Positions 25,850 through 37,964 of a DNA stretch of 64,000 nt are shown here, in pieces. The DNA is taken from assembly GCF_963921235.1 (NCBI RefSeq), contig NC_086097.1:103232001-103296000 (forward strand), given 5' to 3'. The DNA is from Mobula hypostoma (lineage: Eukaryota). A program made the position numbers and the translations under genes. A model generated the notes under the pieces. The model saw only the letters and a list, made by a program, of their open reading frames with translations. It searched no databases and was not told the origin of the DNA. Position 1 is the stretch's first letter, and the number at the start of each line of letters is the position of its first letter.

Positions 25850-26620
25850 GATCTGCAAGTCTGCAGGGCTGTGTGGGATATATTGCAGGAAGCAAGGGAA
25901 GAGATAGCTGCACCTTTGGCGATGATCTTGCACCCTCACTAACCACAGGAGTGATGATTGAAATGTGATGAGTGAGGATAGTCCTGGCAATTGCAGACCA
26001 ATGAGTCTTACTTCAGTGGTGGGCAAAATATTGGAGAAGATTCTTAGAGATAGGATTTACAAGTATTAGTCTGATTAAGGATAGTCAGCATGGGTTTGTG
26101 AAGGTTAGATCATGGATCATAAGTCTGATTGAATTCTGTGAGGATTTGACAAAGCACATTGATGAAGGTAGAGCAGTTTATGTGGATTTTAGAAAGGTGT
26201 TTGATAAGGTTCTCCATGGCAGGCTTATTCAGAAAGTCAGGAGGCATGGGATCCAGGGAAATACGGCTGTGTGAATACAGAATTGGTTTGCCCATGGAAG
26301 ATAGAGGGTGGTTGTAGCTGGAGCTTATTCTACCTGGAATTCAATGACCAATGGTGTTCGGCAGGGATCAATTCTGGGTCCCCTGCTCTTTTGTGATTTT
26401 TTTTTTAATAAATGACCTGGATGAGAAAGTAGAAGGGTAGGTTAGTAAGCTGCAGGAGGCATGAAGGTTGATGGTGTTGTGAATATTGTAGAAGGTTGTC
26501 ATAGATTACAACAAGACATTAACAGGATGCAGAGCTGAGCTGAGAAGTGGCAGATGGAGTTCAGTCTGGGAAAGTGTGAAATGATTCACTTTGGAAGGTC
26601 AAATTTGAAGGCAGAATACA
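25850..26620 (+). mobile_element. CR1 RT fragment; resumes at about 31573-32300
   Basis: WQMEFSLGKCEMIHFGRSNLKAEY, with CR1 sequence continuing after the nested stack. Confidence 0.75.
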
Positions 26621-26659
26621 AAGTTCAAAGCAAATTTTATTATCAAGGTTCATGTATGT

Positions 26660-29200
26660 ACATGAAGGAGGTGGAGGCCTTCTACAGTAAACTTCACAAA
26701 ACTGTCACTTCAATACTGACACACAACTTCCTGGCTGTGCTCGGTGATTTTAATGCCCAGGTCAGGCTCGAAGATGTTCCATACTCATACCAAGACTTTA
26801 CGAACAGAAATAGACAATATCTAGTTGATTTCATCCAGGAACACAGTCTCATTGCCGCCAACAAACAATTCAAGAAGCGAGCTGGTAAACTGTGGAGATA
26901 TGAAAACAGAGCCTCCATCTACAGGAAACAGCTCGATTACATCCTCGTAAGAACAAAATGGCGTAATTGTGTGATCAACGCAAGCCTACAGCACCTTCAA
27001 CTCGGTCAGTTCTGATCACGGAGCAGTGTCAATGCAAGTGAGACTGAGCCTGCGGCAACCCAAAGCCACAGGTCCCAAAGGGAAGATAGACTGGAAGGCA
27101 TTCTCCTCACAACCTGTTCTTCAAGCCCAATACACAGTGGAGATGAGAAATCACTTTGGCCCACTGGAAAGGGGTGAGGAAGAGACTGCCACTGACCGCT
27201 ATCAACGGCTCATAGATGCACACACAGATGCAACAAAGAGTTTGCCTACTGTGAAGCGAACCGAGAAGAGTCGGATCTCGAAACATCCTGACGTTGTCTC
27301 AGCAAGAAGTGTGGTCAATGCTTGTCATGCCGAACTTAGAAGGAGCGAAACAGAAGAGCTAAGAGACAGATTCAAGACAGCAAAGAAGAATCTCTTTGCC
27401 ACCTACAACCGACTGAAGGAAGAGGAACTAACTGAGAGGATTAGAGAGGTAGAAGCTGCTAATGAAGACATGCAGCATGGAGAAGCATGGCGCCTAGTCA
27501 ATGAGATCAGTAGATGGAAGAAGTCCCCATTAGGTCAAATAAGTGGTAAGACAGCAGAGGACCGTGTCCTGACATGGTTCACCCACTTTAAGAACCTGCT
27601 GGGAAGCTCTCCAGCGATCACAGAAGAAGAAGAGGACATACCCATGATACTAACTCAAGTCGACATCGATGATGGCCCATTCGCCATTGAGGAACTCAAG
27701 AAGGCCAAATATGCACTCAAACAGGGCAGGAACGCTGGACCAGATGGGGATACCATCAGATGTCCTGAAGAACTGTGACCTGGACGACATCTTGCTGGAC
27801 ATATGTAATACGGCATTGATGAAAGGCGACAAACCAGACAGTGGTCGCTCTCAAACATTATCCCAGTCCCCAAGTCTGGATCCCTCACAAAGACAGATAA
27901 CTACTGCGGTATCAGCTTGACCTGCATCTTAGCAAAATTATACAATCGGATGATCTTGAACAGGATTCACACCGCCATTGACCCTAAGCTAAGATTCAAT
28001 CAGAATGGTTTTCGGCAGAAGCGTACAACAGTGATGCAAATATTTGCTCTCCGTAGGATCATCGAGGAAGTCAAGAAGAACAACCTACCAGCCGTGCTTA
28101 CTTACATCGATTTTCGCAAAGCTTTTGACTCCATTCACTGAGGTAAAATGTTGAAGATCCTGAAAGCTTACCATCTCATGCCAGACCATCTACTGAGAAC
28201 AATAGAGTCCAGCTATACCAAAACCATGGCGAAAGTTGTATCACCAGACGGAGAAACAGCAGTGTTTGAGCTCCTAGCTGGTGTGCTGCAAGGAGACACT
28301 CTGGCATCCTACATCTTTATAATCGTCCTTGATTACGCTCTGCGTCAAGCTACCAAAGATCATGAGAAGCTTGGTTTTACCATAAAACCAGGGCGAACCA
28401 AAAGGGTCAGACCAGTTACGCTCACAGATCTTGATTTTGCAGATGACATAGTCCTGCTCTCTAACCAGATGTAGGAAGCACAGCAGCTACTGACAAAAGT
28501 GGAAATTGAGTACAATAAAGTTGGACTTCACCTAAACGCTAAAAAGACAGAGTACATGACGTTTAACTGCAACGAAGGTACTCTCAAGACCGTAAAGAAT
28601 GATACCATTAAGAAAGTCTTTGACTACAAGTACCTCAGATCAAGAATGATGAGTTTGGAGGAGGACATAAAGATACAGAAGGTGGAGGACTATGAACGAC
28701 ATGAAGGTAATCTGGAAGTCGAGCCTGACCAGAGGGCTTAAAAAGAGGAATTTCATAGCAGACATAGAGTCCCTTCTCACGTACGGATGCGAGACGTGGA
28801 CACTCACCAAGACGATGCGGAAGTCTCTAGATGGTTGCTATACACGAATGCTCCGGATGGCTCTTGACGTGAGTTGGCAACAGCACGTGACGAACGTTGA
28901 GCTCCATTACAACCTACCGATGCTCACCACTAAAATCGAGGCGAGAAGACTGCAACTAGCGGGGCACTGTCTACGCCACCCCAAGCTACCTGCCAGCTTA
29001 GTCATCATATGAGAGCCCAAGCACGGGAGGATGAACCCTGGGTGCCCTCCCAAGACTATGGTCAACACGCCCCTAGAAGACAGCAGTGCGGCTAATGTAG
29101 ATGAACTGAACACACTGATGAGGGAGAGGGAGAAGTGGAGAGTCCTTCATCGTGCCCGACGCTGGCCCCCTAGGCCTGAGTTGACGTAGTAGTAGTAGTA
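26660..29200 (+). mobile_element. 5'-truncated RTE-superfamily LINE with (TAG)n tail
   Basis: VLGDFNAQV, QLDYIL, NQNGFRQKR, YIDFRKAFDSIH, GVLQGDTLA, LDFADD, YGCETWTLT. TSD CATGTATGT at 26651-26659 and 29201-29209. Confidence 0.9.
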
Positions 29201-29413
29201 CATGTATGTCACCATATACAACCCTAAGATTCATTTTCTTGTGGGCATACTCAACAAATCTTTAGAATAGTAACCATAACAGGATAATTGAAAGATCGCC
29301 CAACTAGGGTATTCAGGCAGAGAGCAGAAGACAACAAACTGTAAATATAAATACAGTCGGCCCTCCTTATCCACGAGGGATTGGTTCCGGGACCCCTCGC
29401 GGATGCTCAAGTC

Positions 29414-29561
29414 CCTTATTCAATCTGTCTAAATGCGGTGGACCTTAGGACCCTGCAGAACCCCGGACCTTATTTAACCTGTCTTAGTGCGGTGGACCTT
29501 AGGACTCTGCAGAACCCCGGACCTTATTTAACCAGTCTCAGTGCGGTGGACATTAGGACCC
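29414..29561 (+). repeat. 54-bp tandem repeat, about 2.7 copies, inside the Tigger element
   Basis: Units start CCTTATT at 29414, 29468 and 29522. Confidence 0.9.
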
Positions 29562-30312
29562 AGCGGCGGAGCTCTGAATCCGCAGTGTTTCTGTTCATGA
29601 AAATAATCACCATCATGATTTAAAATAAAATGGAAATAATAAAGCGATTGGAAAGAGGTGAAACACTATCGGTCATTGGAAAAGCGTTAGGCTACAGTCA
29701 GTCAACGATTGAAACAATTTTAAAGAATAAAGTGAGAAAGGCCCTGCCCTGATGAAAGCTACAATAATTACTAAGCAACGCAGTGGTTTAATTATTGGGT
29801 TTTGGGGTTTTGGGTATTTGATCCTTCACATCAACCCGGCACGGGTGGAGAGCGTGCTCGGGAGCGGTCTGTCACTGGATCAAACACGGGAATTTCCGCT
29901 CCCGAGCCCGGCGCTGAAACATACGTTTCTTAAGTGTTTTATATGCATAAAGGTAAAATATATACTATATACCAAGACCAACGTTTGACTAACTGACGCT
30001 GAATAATACCGGATGTACCTGTTCCGACTTACTTAGTAAGAGAACTTCTGTTTTTTTTCGATCCCGATCCACGGTAACCTATGCACATCCTCCCATATAC
30101 TTTAAATCATCTCTAGATTACTTATAATACCTAGTACAATGTAAATGCTATGTAAAATAGTTGTAATACTACATTGTTTAGGGAATAATGACAAGATAAA
30201 AAAGGTCTGTACATGTTCGAACAACAAGTGCTGGAAGAGCACTTCCAGGTTTTCTCTGCTCTCACAACACGCTGGAGGAGCTCAGCAGGTCAGGCAGCAT
30301 CCGTGGAAACAA

Positions 30313-30352
30313 TCAGTCAACGTTTCAGGCCGGAACCCTTCGTCAGGACTGA
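30313..30352 (-). ncRNA. Minimal hammerhead ribozyme motif
   Basis: Reverse strand reads TCAGTC-CTGACGA-A-GGGTT-CC-GGCCT-GAAAC-GTT-GACTGA. Confidence 0.7.
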
Positions 30353-30676
30353 AGAGGGAAGGGGCAGAGGCCCTATAAAGAAGGTGGGGGGAGGGTGGGA
30401 AGGAGAAGGCTGGTAGGTTCCAGGTGAAAAACCAGTAAGGGGAAAGATAAAGGGGTGGGGGAAGGGAAGCAGGGAGGTGATAGGCAGGAAACGTGAAGAA
30501 GGAATAGGGGAAAACACAATGGGTAGTAGAAGGAAGCAGAACCAAGAGGGAGGTGATGGGCAGCTAGGGGAGGGGGCAGAGTGAAATAGGGATGGGGGGG
30601 AGGGAATTACCAGAAGTTGGAGAATTCTATGTTCATACCAAGGGGCTGGAGACTACCCCCAGCTCCCCTTCCCTCT

Positions 30677-30716
30677 TCAGTCCTGACGAAGGGTTCCGGC
30701 CCGAAACGTTGACTGA
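30677..30716 (+). ncRNA. Minimal type I hammerhead ribozyme motif (Penelope terminal repeat)
   Basis: TCAGTC-CTGACGA-A-GGGTT-CC-GGCCC-GAAAC-GTT-GACTGA: intact CUGANGA/GAAA/UH core, 6-bp stem I, stem II, vestigial palindromic stem III. Confidence 0.75.
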
Positions 30717-30879
30717 TTGTTTCCACGAATGCTGCCTGACCTGCTGAGTTCCTCCAGCATATTGTGAGTGTTGCTTTGACCCCAGCATCTGCAGAGTATT
30801 TTGTGTTTCCAGATTTTCTCAATTCGCGGTTGGTTGAATTCGCACATGCGGAACTCTCGGATAAGGAGGGCCGACTGTA

Positions 30880-31570
30880 TAAATAAATGGCAATAAATAA
30901 CGAGATCATGAGAGGAAGAGTCCTTGAAAGTCAGTCCATTGGTTGTGGGAATATTTCAATGATGGGGCAAGTGAATTTATCCCCTTTTGTTCAAGAACCT
31001 GATGGTTGAGGTATAGGGTCTTGAACCTGGTGGTGCGAGCCCTGAGACTCTTGTACCTTCTACCTGATGGCAGTAGCGAGAAGAGAGCATGACCTTTGTG
31101 TTGGGGATCCCTGATAATGGATGCTGCTTTTCTTCGACAGTGTTTCATGTTGATGAGCTCAATGGTTGGGAGGACTTTACCCGGGCTGAATCCACTGCTT
31201 TTAGTACTACAGTATTTTCTGTTCAAGGGCATTAGTGCAGCCAGTCAATATACTCTCCACGACACGTCTATAGAAGTTTGTCAAAGTTTTAGATGTCATG
31301 CCGAATCTCCGCAGACTCCTAAGTAGAGGCACTGCCATGCTTTCTTCACAATTGCACTTGCAATTGGGCCCAGGACAGGTCCTCTGAAATAGTAACACCT
31401 CGGAACTTAAAGTTGCAAACCTTCTCCACCTCTAATCCTCCGATGAGGACTGGCTCATAGACCTCTGATTTCCGTCTCCTGAAGCCTGCAATCAGTTCCT
31501 TAATCTTGCTAATATTGAGTGAGAGATTGTTGTTATGACACCACTCAACCAGATTCTCAATCTCCCTACT
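30880..31570 (-). mobile_element. Rex1/Babar-like LINE 3' fragment (3' tail at about 26621-26650 and 29210-29350)
   Basis: LVEWCHNNNLSLNISKIKELI, LRSLRRFGMTSKTLTNFYR, LLPSGRRYKSL. Confidence 0.8.
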
Positions 31571-34234
31571 ACGTACAGGGTTATTGGCAGAGTTCTTGGC
31601 AATGTAGAGGAACAGAGGGATCTTGGGGTCCTTGTCTATAGATTCCTCAAAATTGCCACACTCATTGATAGGGTTGTTAAGAAGGTGTGTGGTGTATTGG
31701 CCTTCATTAGTTGAGGGATTGAGTTCAAGAGTCACAAGATAATTTGTGACTATAAAACCCTGGTTAGACCACACTTGGAATATTGTATTCAGTTCTGATC
31801 ACCACATTAAGGGAAGGATGTGGAGTCTTTAGGATGAATATAGAAGAGGTTTACCAGAATGTTGCCTGGATTAGAGAGTGTGTATTAAGAGAATAGGTAG
31901 AGTGAGCTAGGGTTTTTCTTTTTGGAATGAAGGATGGTGAGATGTGACTTGACGGGGGTGCACTTGATGACAGGAAGCATTGACTGAGTGGATAGCCAGA
32001 GACTTTTTTCCAGAGAAGGAATGGTTTTTACAAGGGGACATAATTGTAAGGGAATTGGAGGAAAGTATAGGGGGGATATGTCAGAGTTATGTTTTTTACA
32101 GAGTGGTGGGTGAATGGTATGCCATGCCAGGGGGAGGTAGAGGTAGATACATTAGGGGCATTTAAGAAGCTCTTAGATAGGCACATGGTCGATTGAGAAA
32201 TGGAGGGTATGTAGGAGGGAAGGGTTAGATTGCTCTCAGAGTAGGTTGAAAGGTTGGCATAGCATCATGGGCCAAAGGGCCCACAATGTTCTATGTTCTA
32301 CTCGGGGACAATCAGCATGGCTTTGTTAAACTTGATCAAGTTTTTGAGGAGGGTGAGGAGTTTCAAAGGAGTTTGGTATGGGTAAGGCAGTGGACATTAT
32401 CGAAGTTATCTTTAGTAAGGCATTTGAAAAGGTCCCTCATGGAACATTGATTCAGAAGGTAAACATGATTCAGACTCCGGATGAATTAGAAGTTTGGTTT
32501 CAGAACTGGCTTGCCCAGGGTGAGTGGAGGCCTAGTTACTCTAGCTGGAGGGCCATGACCAGTGGTGTTCTGCAAAAATCGGTTAGCGGGCCCTTTTTGT
32601 TTATTTAGTGATTTGGATGAAAATGTAGATGGGTGGATTAGCAAGCTTACATTGACACCAAGATTGATAGAGCTGTGGACAGTGTAAAGGATTATCAAAA
32701 GGCTAAAGACCATTTACAAACATGGGCAGAAAAGTGACAGATGGAATTTAATCTATGTAAGTATGAAGTGTTGCACTTTGGGAACTCAAAGGAGAAATTA
32801 TACAGTTAATGGTCAACCACTTAATAGCTTTGAGGTACAGAAGTATCTTGGGGTCCAGGTTGTTAGTTCATTGCAAGCAGCTACCCAAGTAGATAAGATG
32901 GTAAAGAAGGTACCTTCATGGGTAGGAGTATTTGGGTATAACAGTAACACTAGCTGCAGCTAGTGATTCTTGAAGAGTCATTACTAATGCCTCCACAATC
33001 TCTTCAGCTGCCTCTTTCAGAAGCCCGGGGTGTCATCCATCTGATCTAGCTTCAGATTTTTCAGATTCCGAAGCACCATCTTCTTAATAATAGCAATGAC
33101 GTTCATTTCTGCCCCCTGACACTCTTGTATTTCTGGCACTCTGCTAGTGTCTTCCACAGTGAAGACTGATGCAAAATGCTTGTTAAGTTTGTACACCATT
33201 TCTTTATCCCTCATTACTATCTCTCCAGTGTCTTTTTCTAGCAGTCCAATGTCCACTCTCTTCTACTCTTTATATTGTATGTCTGGAAAAGGCTTTTTGT
33301 ATCTTCCTTTGTATTATTAGCTTGCCGGGCTTCATATTTCATCTTTTCCCTCTTTATGGCTTTTTTAGTTGCCTTCCATTCGTTTAAAAAATCTTTTACT
33401 GTCCCACTAATTTGTGCTATATTATATGCCCTCTCTTCTACTTTTATGCTGTCTTTGACTTCCTTTGTCAGCCACGGTTGCCCAGCCTCCCTTTAGAATA
33501 CTTATTCATTTTTGGGATGTGTCTTTCCTGCACCTTCCAAATTGCTCACAGAAACTCCAACTCTGCCATCATCCCTGCTAGTGTCCCCTTCTAATCAACT
33601 TAGGCCAGCTCCTATCTCATGGCTCTGTAATTCCTTTTACTTCACTGCAATACTGATACATCCGATTTTAGCTTCTCTTTCTCAAACTGCTGGGTGAATT
33701 CTATTTTATTAATTCACAGCCTCCTAAATGTTATTTTGCTTTAAGCACCCTAATCAAATCTGGGTTATTAGATAACACCCAATCTAGAATTGCCATTCCC
33801 CTGCTGGGCTCAATCACAAACTGCTCTAAAAAGCAGCTTGCAAGTATTCTATAAATTCTCTCTCTTGGGATTCAGCACCAACCTGATTAGCCCAATCTAC
33901 CTGCATATGGAAATCTTCCTTTTTACATGTCTTTTCTATCTTCCGTTGTAATTTGTAATCCACATCCTGGCAACTTGCTGAGACCTGTGTACCCTTGTAG
34001 TTTCTTAACTCTACCCACAATGATGCTACACCTTCCAATGCTATGTCACCTCTTTCTAAGGATTTGATTTCTTTTTTTTTGCCCACAGAGCTACCCCACC
34101 ACTGTTTGTTTCCCTACCTATCCTTTTAATTCAATGAGTATCCTTAGATGTTAAGTTCCAAACTATGATCTTTTTTTCGGCCACAACTCTGCGATGCCCA
34201 CAAAATCATGCCTGCCAATCTTTAAGTGCACAAG

Positions 34235-35725
34235 CAACACACATAAAAGTTGCTGGTGAACGCAGCAGGCCAGGCAGCATCTATAGGAAGAGGTACAGTC
34301 GACGTTTCAGGCCGAGACCCTTCGTCAGGACCAACTGAAAGAAGAGCTAGTAAGAGATTTGAGAGGGGGAGGGGGAGATCCAAAATGATAGGAGAAGACA
34401 CGAGGGGGAGGGATGGAGCCAAGAGCTGGACAGTTGATTGGCAAAAAGGATATGAGAGGATCATGGGACAGGAGGCCCAGGGAGAAAGAAAAGGGGGAGG
34501 GGGGAGCCCAGAGGATGGGCAAGGGGTATAGTGAGAGGGACAGAGGGAGAAAAGCGAGAGAGAGAAAAAGAATATATGTATATAAATAATAAATAAATAA
34601 ATAACGGATGGGGTACGAGGGGGAGGTGGGGCATTAGTGGAAGTTAGAGAAGTCAATGTTCATGCAATCAGGTTGGAGGCTACCCAGACGGAATATAAGG
34701 TGTTGTTCCTCCAACCTGAGTGTGGCTTCTTCTCTGGCGGACAGAGCGTAGGTGTTCAGCGAAACCATCTCCCAGTCTGCGTCGGGTCTCGCCAATATAT
34801 AGAAGGCCGCATCGGGAGCACCGGACACAGTATATCACCCCAGCTGACTCACCTGGAAGGACTGTCTGGGGCCCTGAATGGTGGTAAGGGAAGAAGTGTA
34901 AGGGCATGTGTAGCATTTGTTCCGCTTACAAGGATAAGTGCCAGGAGGGAGATCGGTGGGGAGGGATGGGGGGGACTAATGGACAAGGGAGTCACGTTGG
35001 GAGCGATCCCTGCGAAAAGCGGGGGGGAGGGAGGGAAAGATGTGTTTAGTGGTGGGATTCCGATATCCCGTTGGAGGTGGCGGAAGTTACGGAAAATTAT
35101 ATGTTGGACCCGGAGGCTGGTGGGGTGGCAGGAGGATGGAGTGAGAGCAGATGTGCGTGAAATGGGGGAGATGCATTTGAGAGCAAAGTTGATGGTGGAG
35201 GAAGGGAAGCCCCTTTCTTTAAAAAAGGAGGACATCTCCTTCGTCCTGGAATGAAAAGCTTCATCCTGAGAGCAGATGCGGCAGAGACGGAGGAATTGCG
35301 AGAAGGGGATGGCATTTTTGCAAGAGACAGGGTGAGAAGAGGAATAGTCCAGGTAGCTGTGAGAGTCAGTAGGCTTATAGTAGACATCAGTAGATAAGCT
35401 GTCTCCAGAGATGGAGACAGAAAGATCGAGAAAGGGGAGGGAGGTGTCGGAAATGGACCAGGTAAACTTGAGGGCAGGGTGAAAGTTGGAGGCAAAGTTA
35501 ATGAAGTCAATGAGCTCAGCATGCGTGCTGAGCGCCAATGCAGTCATCGATGTAGCAAAGGAAAAGTGGGGGACAGATACCAGAATAGGTTTGGAACATA
35601 GATTGTTCCACAAAGCCAACAAAAAGGCAGGTATATCTGGGACCCATATGGGTGCCCATGGCTACACCTTTAGTTTGGAGGAAGTGGGAGGAGCTAAAGG
35701 AGAAATTATTAAGAGTAAGGACTAA
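34235..35725 (-). mobile_element. Penelope-like element: RT C-terminal part, GIY-YIG endonuclease remnant and terminal repeat
   Basis: GVAMGT, YIDD, FTWSISDTSLPFLDL, YKPTDSHSYLDYSSSHP, GVIYCVRCSRCGLLYIGETRRRLGD. AGTGCACAAG duplicated at 34225-34234 and 35738-35747. Confidence 0.9.
34297..34332 (-). ncRNA. Minimal hammerhead ribozyme motif
   Basis: Reverse strand reads GGTC-CTGACGA-A-GGGTC-TC-GGCCT-GAAAC-GTC-GACT. Confidence 0.7.
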
Positions 35726-36369
35726 TACCAAACCTTTAGTGCACAAGGTTGTTTACCTTATACCATATACTGCATTCAAATATTCATATACTGCCTTCAG
35801 GCCTGTATTTATCACCCTGTTACAGTTTAACTCATCTCACTGACTCCAATTTTGCTGTATTATCTGCTTTTACTTCCCCACAGTCTCAGTGTACACTGCA
35901 TCTACTTGTATACCAACTGCCTCATTCTCATCCTGGTTCCCATCCCCCGCCTAATCAGCTTAAACCTCCCCCAACAGCTCTATCAATCCTGTCCCCTAGA
36001 ATCTGAACCCTTGGGTTCAGATATAACCTGTTCGCTTTGTATAGATCATTCCATCCCCAGAAGAGATCCCAATGGTCTAGAAATCAGAAATCTGAAACCC
36101 TAACCCTGCACCACAAATTGATCTTTCAAATCATTCTATTCTTACCTTTACTATGCTCCTTAGTTCTCTATTCCCCTTGAGGGGCAATATTCTTTAAGTA
36201 TCTGGTCCATCAACCCACCTCAGAATGTTATATTTCAGTAAAACTTGCTCTCATTTTCTAATCTGCAAGGATGTATACTCAACCTTACCATAGAGGTCCT
36301 TACCATTAACCCTATTATCCCTGGAACCAATCTTGTGAACCTTCTCTGAATTTGGCACCAGTGCAAGTA

Positions 36370-37964
36370 CAAATCCCATTTCCAGAAAAGTTGGGATATT
36401 TTCCAAAATGCAATGAAAAGAAAAATCTGTGATATGTTACTTCATGTGAACCTTTATTTAACTGACAAAAGTACAAAGAAAAGTTTTTCAATAGTTTTAC
36501 TGACCAACTTAATTGTATTTTGTAAACATACACAAATTTAGAACTTGATGGCTGCAACACACTCAACAAGAGTTGGGACAGAGTTAAAATAAGATTGAAA
36601 AGTGCACAGAATATTCAAGTAACACCGGTTTGGAAGACTCCACATTAAGCAGGCTAATTGGTAGCAGGTGAGGTATCATGACTGGGTATAAAAGTAGCGT
36701 CCATCAAAGACTCTGTCTTTGCAAGCAAGGATGGGTCATGGCTCACCCCTTTGTGCCAAATTTGTGAGAGAATTGTTAGTCAGTTCAAAAGGAACATTTC
36801 TCTACGCAAGGTTGCAGAGAATTTAGGTCTTTCAACATCTACAGTACATAATATTGTGAAAAGATTCAGAGAATTCAGAGACATCTCAGTGCATAAAGGG
36901 CAAGGTTGGAAACCACTGTTGAATGCGCATGATCTTCGAGCCCTCAGGCGGCACTGCCTAAGAAACCGTCATGCTACTGTGACAATTATAGCCACCTGGG
37001 CTCGGGAGTACTTTGGAAAACCATTGTCACTCAACACGGTCCATCGCTGCATCCAGAAATGCAACTTGAAACTGTATTATGCAAGGAAGAAGCCATACAT
37101 CAACTCTCTGCAGAAACGCCGGTGAGTTCTCTGGGCCCGAGCTCATCTCAGATGGACTGAAAGACTGTGGAACCGTGTGCTGTGGTCAGATGTGTCCACA
37201 TTTCAGCTAGTTTTCGGAAAAAACGGGCGTCGAGTTCTCTGTGCCAAAGATGAAAACGATCATCCAGATTGTTATCAGCGAAAGGTGCAAAAGCCAGCAT
37301 CTGTGATGGTATGGGGGTGCATCAGTGCCCACGGCATGGGTGAGTTGCATGTGTGTGAAGGTACCATTGACTCTGAGGCGTATATTAGGATTTTAGAGAG
37401 ACATATGTTGCCATCAAGGCGACGTCTCTTCCTGGGACGTCCATGCTTATTTCAGCAGGACAATACCAGACCACATTCTGCACGGGCTACAACAGTGTGG
37501 CTTTGTAGACACAGAGTGCATGTGCTTGACTGGCCTGCTGCCAGTCCAGATCTATCTCCTATTGAAAATGTATGGCGCATCATGAAGAGGAGAATCAGAC
37601 AACGGAGACCACGGACTGTTGAGCAGCTGAAGTCTTATATCAAGCAAGAATGGACAAAATTTCCAATTGCAAATCTACTACAATTAGTATGCTCAGTTCC
37701 AAAAGGATTAAAAAGTGTTATTAAAAGTAAAGGTGATGTAACACAATGGTAAACATGCCTCTGTCCCAACTTTTGTTGAGTGTGTTGCAGCCATCAAATT
37801 CTAAATTTGTGTATGTTTACAAAATACGATTAAGTTGGTCAGTAAAACTATTGAAAATCTTTTCTTTGTACTTTTGTCAGTTAAAGGTTCACGTGAATTA
37901 ACATATCACAGATTTTTGTTTTGCATTTTGGAAAATATCCCAACTTTTCTGGAAATAGGGTTTG
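36370..37964 (+). mobile_element. Full-length Tc1-like DNA transposon (DD34E) with about 210-bp IR/DR-type TIRs
   Basis: TIRs at 36370-36583 and 37759-37964. TA at the left flank, AA at the right. Internal TATAAAA at 36687. Confidence 0.95.
36731..37752 (+). pseudogene. Tc1 transposase: one frameshift near 36750 and one in-frame TGA at 37123-37125
   Basis: Paired-like HTH, WSD, VMVWGC, FQQDN-(34 aa)-SPDLSPIENVW. Confidence 0.92.

Larger units (their letters stand above)
30257..30806. mobile_element. Non-autonomous Penelope-derived cassette with inverted terminal repeats
   Basis: Arms at about 30260-30370 and 30660-30770 are reverse complements. Flanked by TTCCAGGTTTTCTC (30243-30256) / TTCCAGATTTTCTC (30807-30820). 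Confidence 0.85.
29354..30877 (+). mobile_element. Tigger/pogo-type deletion derivative (MER2-like ends)
   Basis: Perfect 19-bp TIR CAGTCGGCCCTCCTTATCC (29354-29372 / 30859-30877) with TA on both sides. CENP-B-type HTH remnant KMEIIKRLERGETLSVIGKALGYSQSTIETILKNK near 29627-29730. Confidence 0.9.

Noticed and set aside
29414..29561. Regularly spaced repeats resembling a CRISPR array
   Set aside because: Whole 54-bp units are repeated without unique spacers; eukaryotic transposon context and no cas genes.
34637..35254. 205-aa plus-strand ORF
   Set aside because: Antisense of the Penelope RT/endonuclease region.
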